A DNA stretch of 64,000 nucleotides. Source: Felis catus (Eukaryota). The position numbers were made by a program, and so were the translations under genes. The notes under the pieces were generated by a model. That model did not search any database and was not told where the DNA came from. It saw nothing but the letters and a program-made list of their open reading frames with translations. The stretch lies in assembly GCF_018350175.1 (NCBI RefSeq), contig NC_058383.1:23810001-23874000 (forward strand). The letters run 5' to 3'. Positions 63,859 through 64,000 of this stretch are shown piece by piece (position 1 is the first letter of the stretch; each line of letters opens with the position of its first letter).

Positions 63859-64000
63859 GGGACACCTGGGTGGCTCAGTCGGTTAAGCATCTGACTTTGG
63901 TTCAGGTTATGATCTTACGGTTTGTGGGTTCAAGCCCTCGTCAGGCTCTGTGCTGACAGCTCAGAGCCTGGAGCCTGCTTCTGATCCTGTGTCTCCCTCT
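63859..64000 (+). mobile_element. Carnivore SINE (truncated by the window end)
   Basis: Head gggacacctgggtggctcagtcggttaag. Confidence 0.88.

Overview
Mammalian genomic DNA, very likely felid: it is densely packed with tRNA-Lys-derived carnivore SINEs, including young Felidae-type copies. The gene order matches the SDR42E2 - tRNA-Leu(TAG) - EEF2K neighbourhood I recall from human 16p12. Minus strand: the 5' part of EEF2K, with a CpG-island promoter and non-coding exon 1 (~37.2-37.7 kb), coding exons 2-5 (20894-21215, 4970-5070, 1516-1576, 119-156) and the exon 6 acceptor at the window edge. Also on the minus strand are the last six coding exons of SDR42E2 (60603 down to the stop at 51976). 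All of these exons have GT-AG boundaries and join in frame. An intact tRNA-Leu(TAG) gene lies on the plus strand at 46140-46221. The rest is mostly SINE, L1, L2, LTR and DNA-transposon remnants plus microsatellites, and nearly all other ORF-track entries are spurious. I see no convincing new biological system. The best leads are regulatory: a possible Pol II exon divergent from the tRNA gene, a second donor and a 3x repeat in EEF2K exon 1, a CTCF site, an RFX+FOX motif pair, a dual AG|GT splice site in SDR42E2, a (CG)10(CA)20 Z-DNA tract and repeated SINE insertion at identical target sites. Repeat boundaries and subfamily calls are by eye and approximate.
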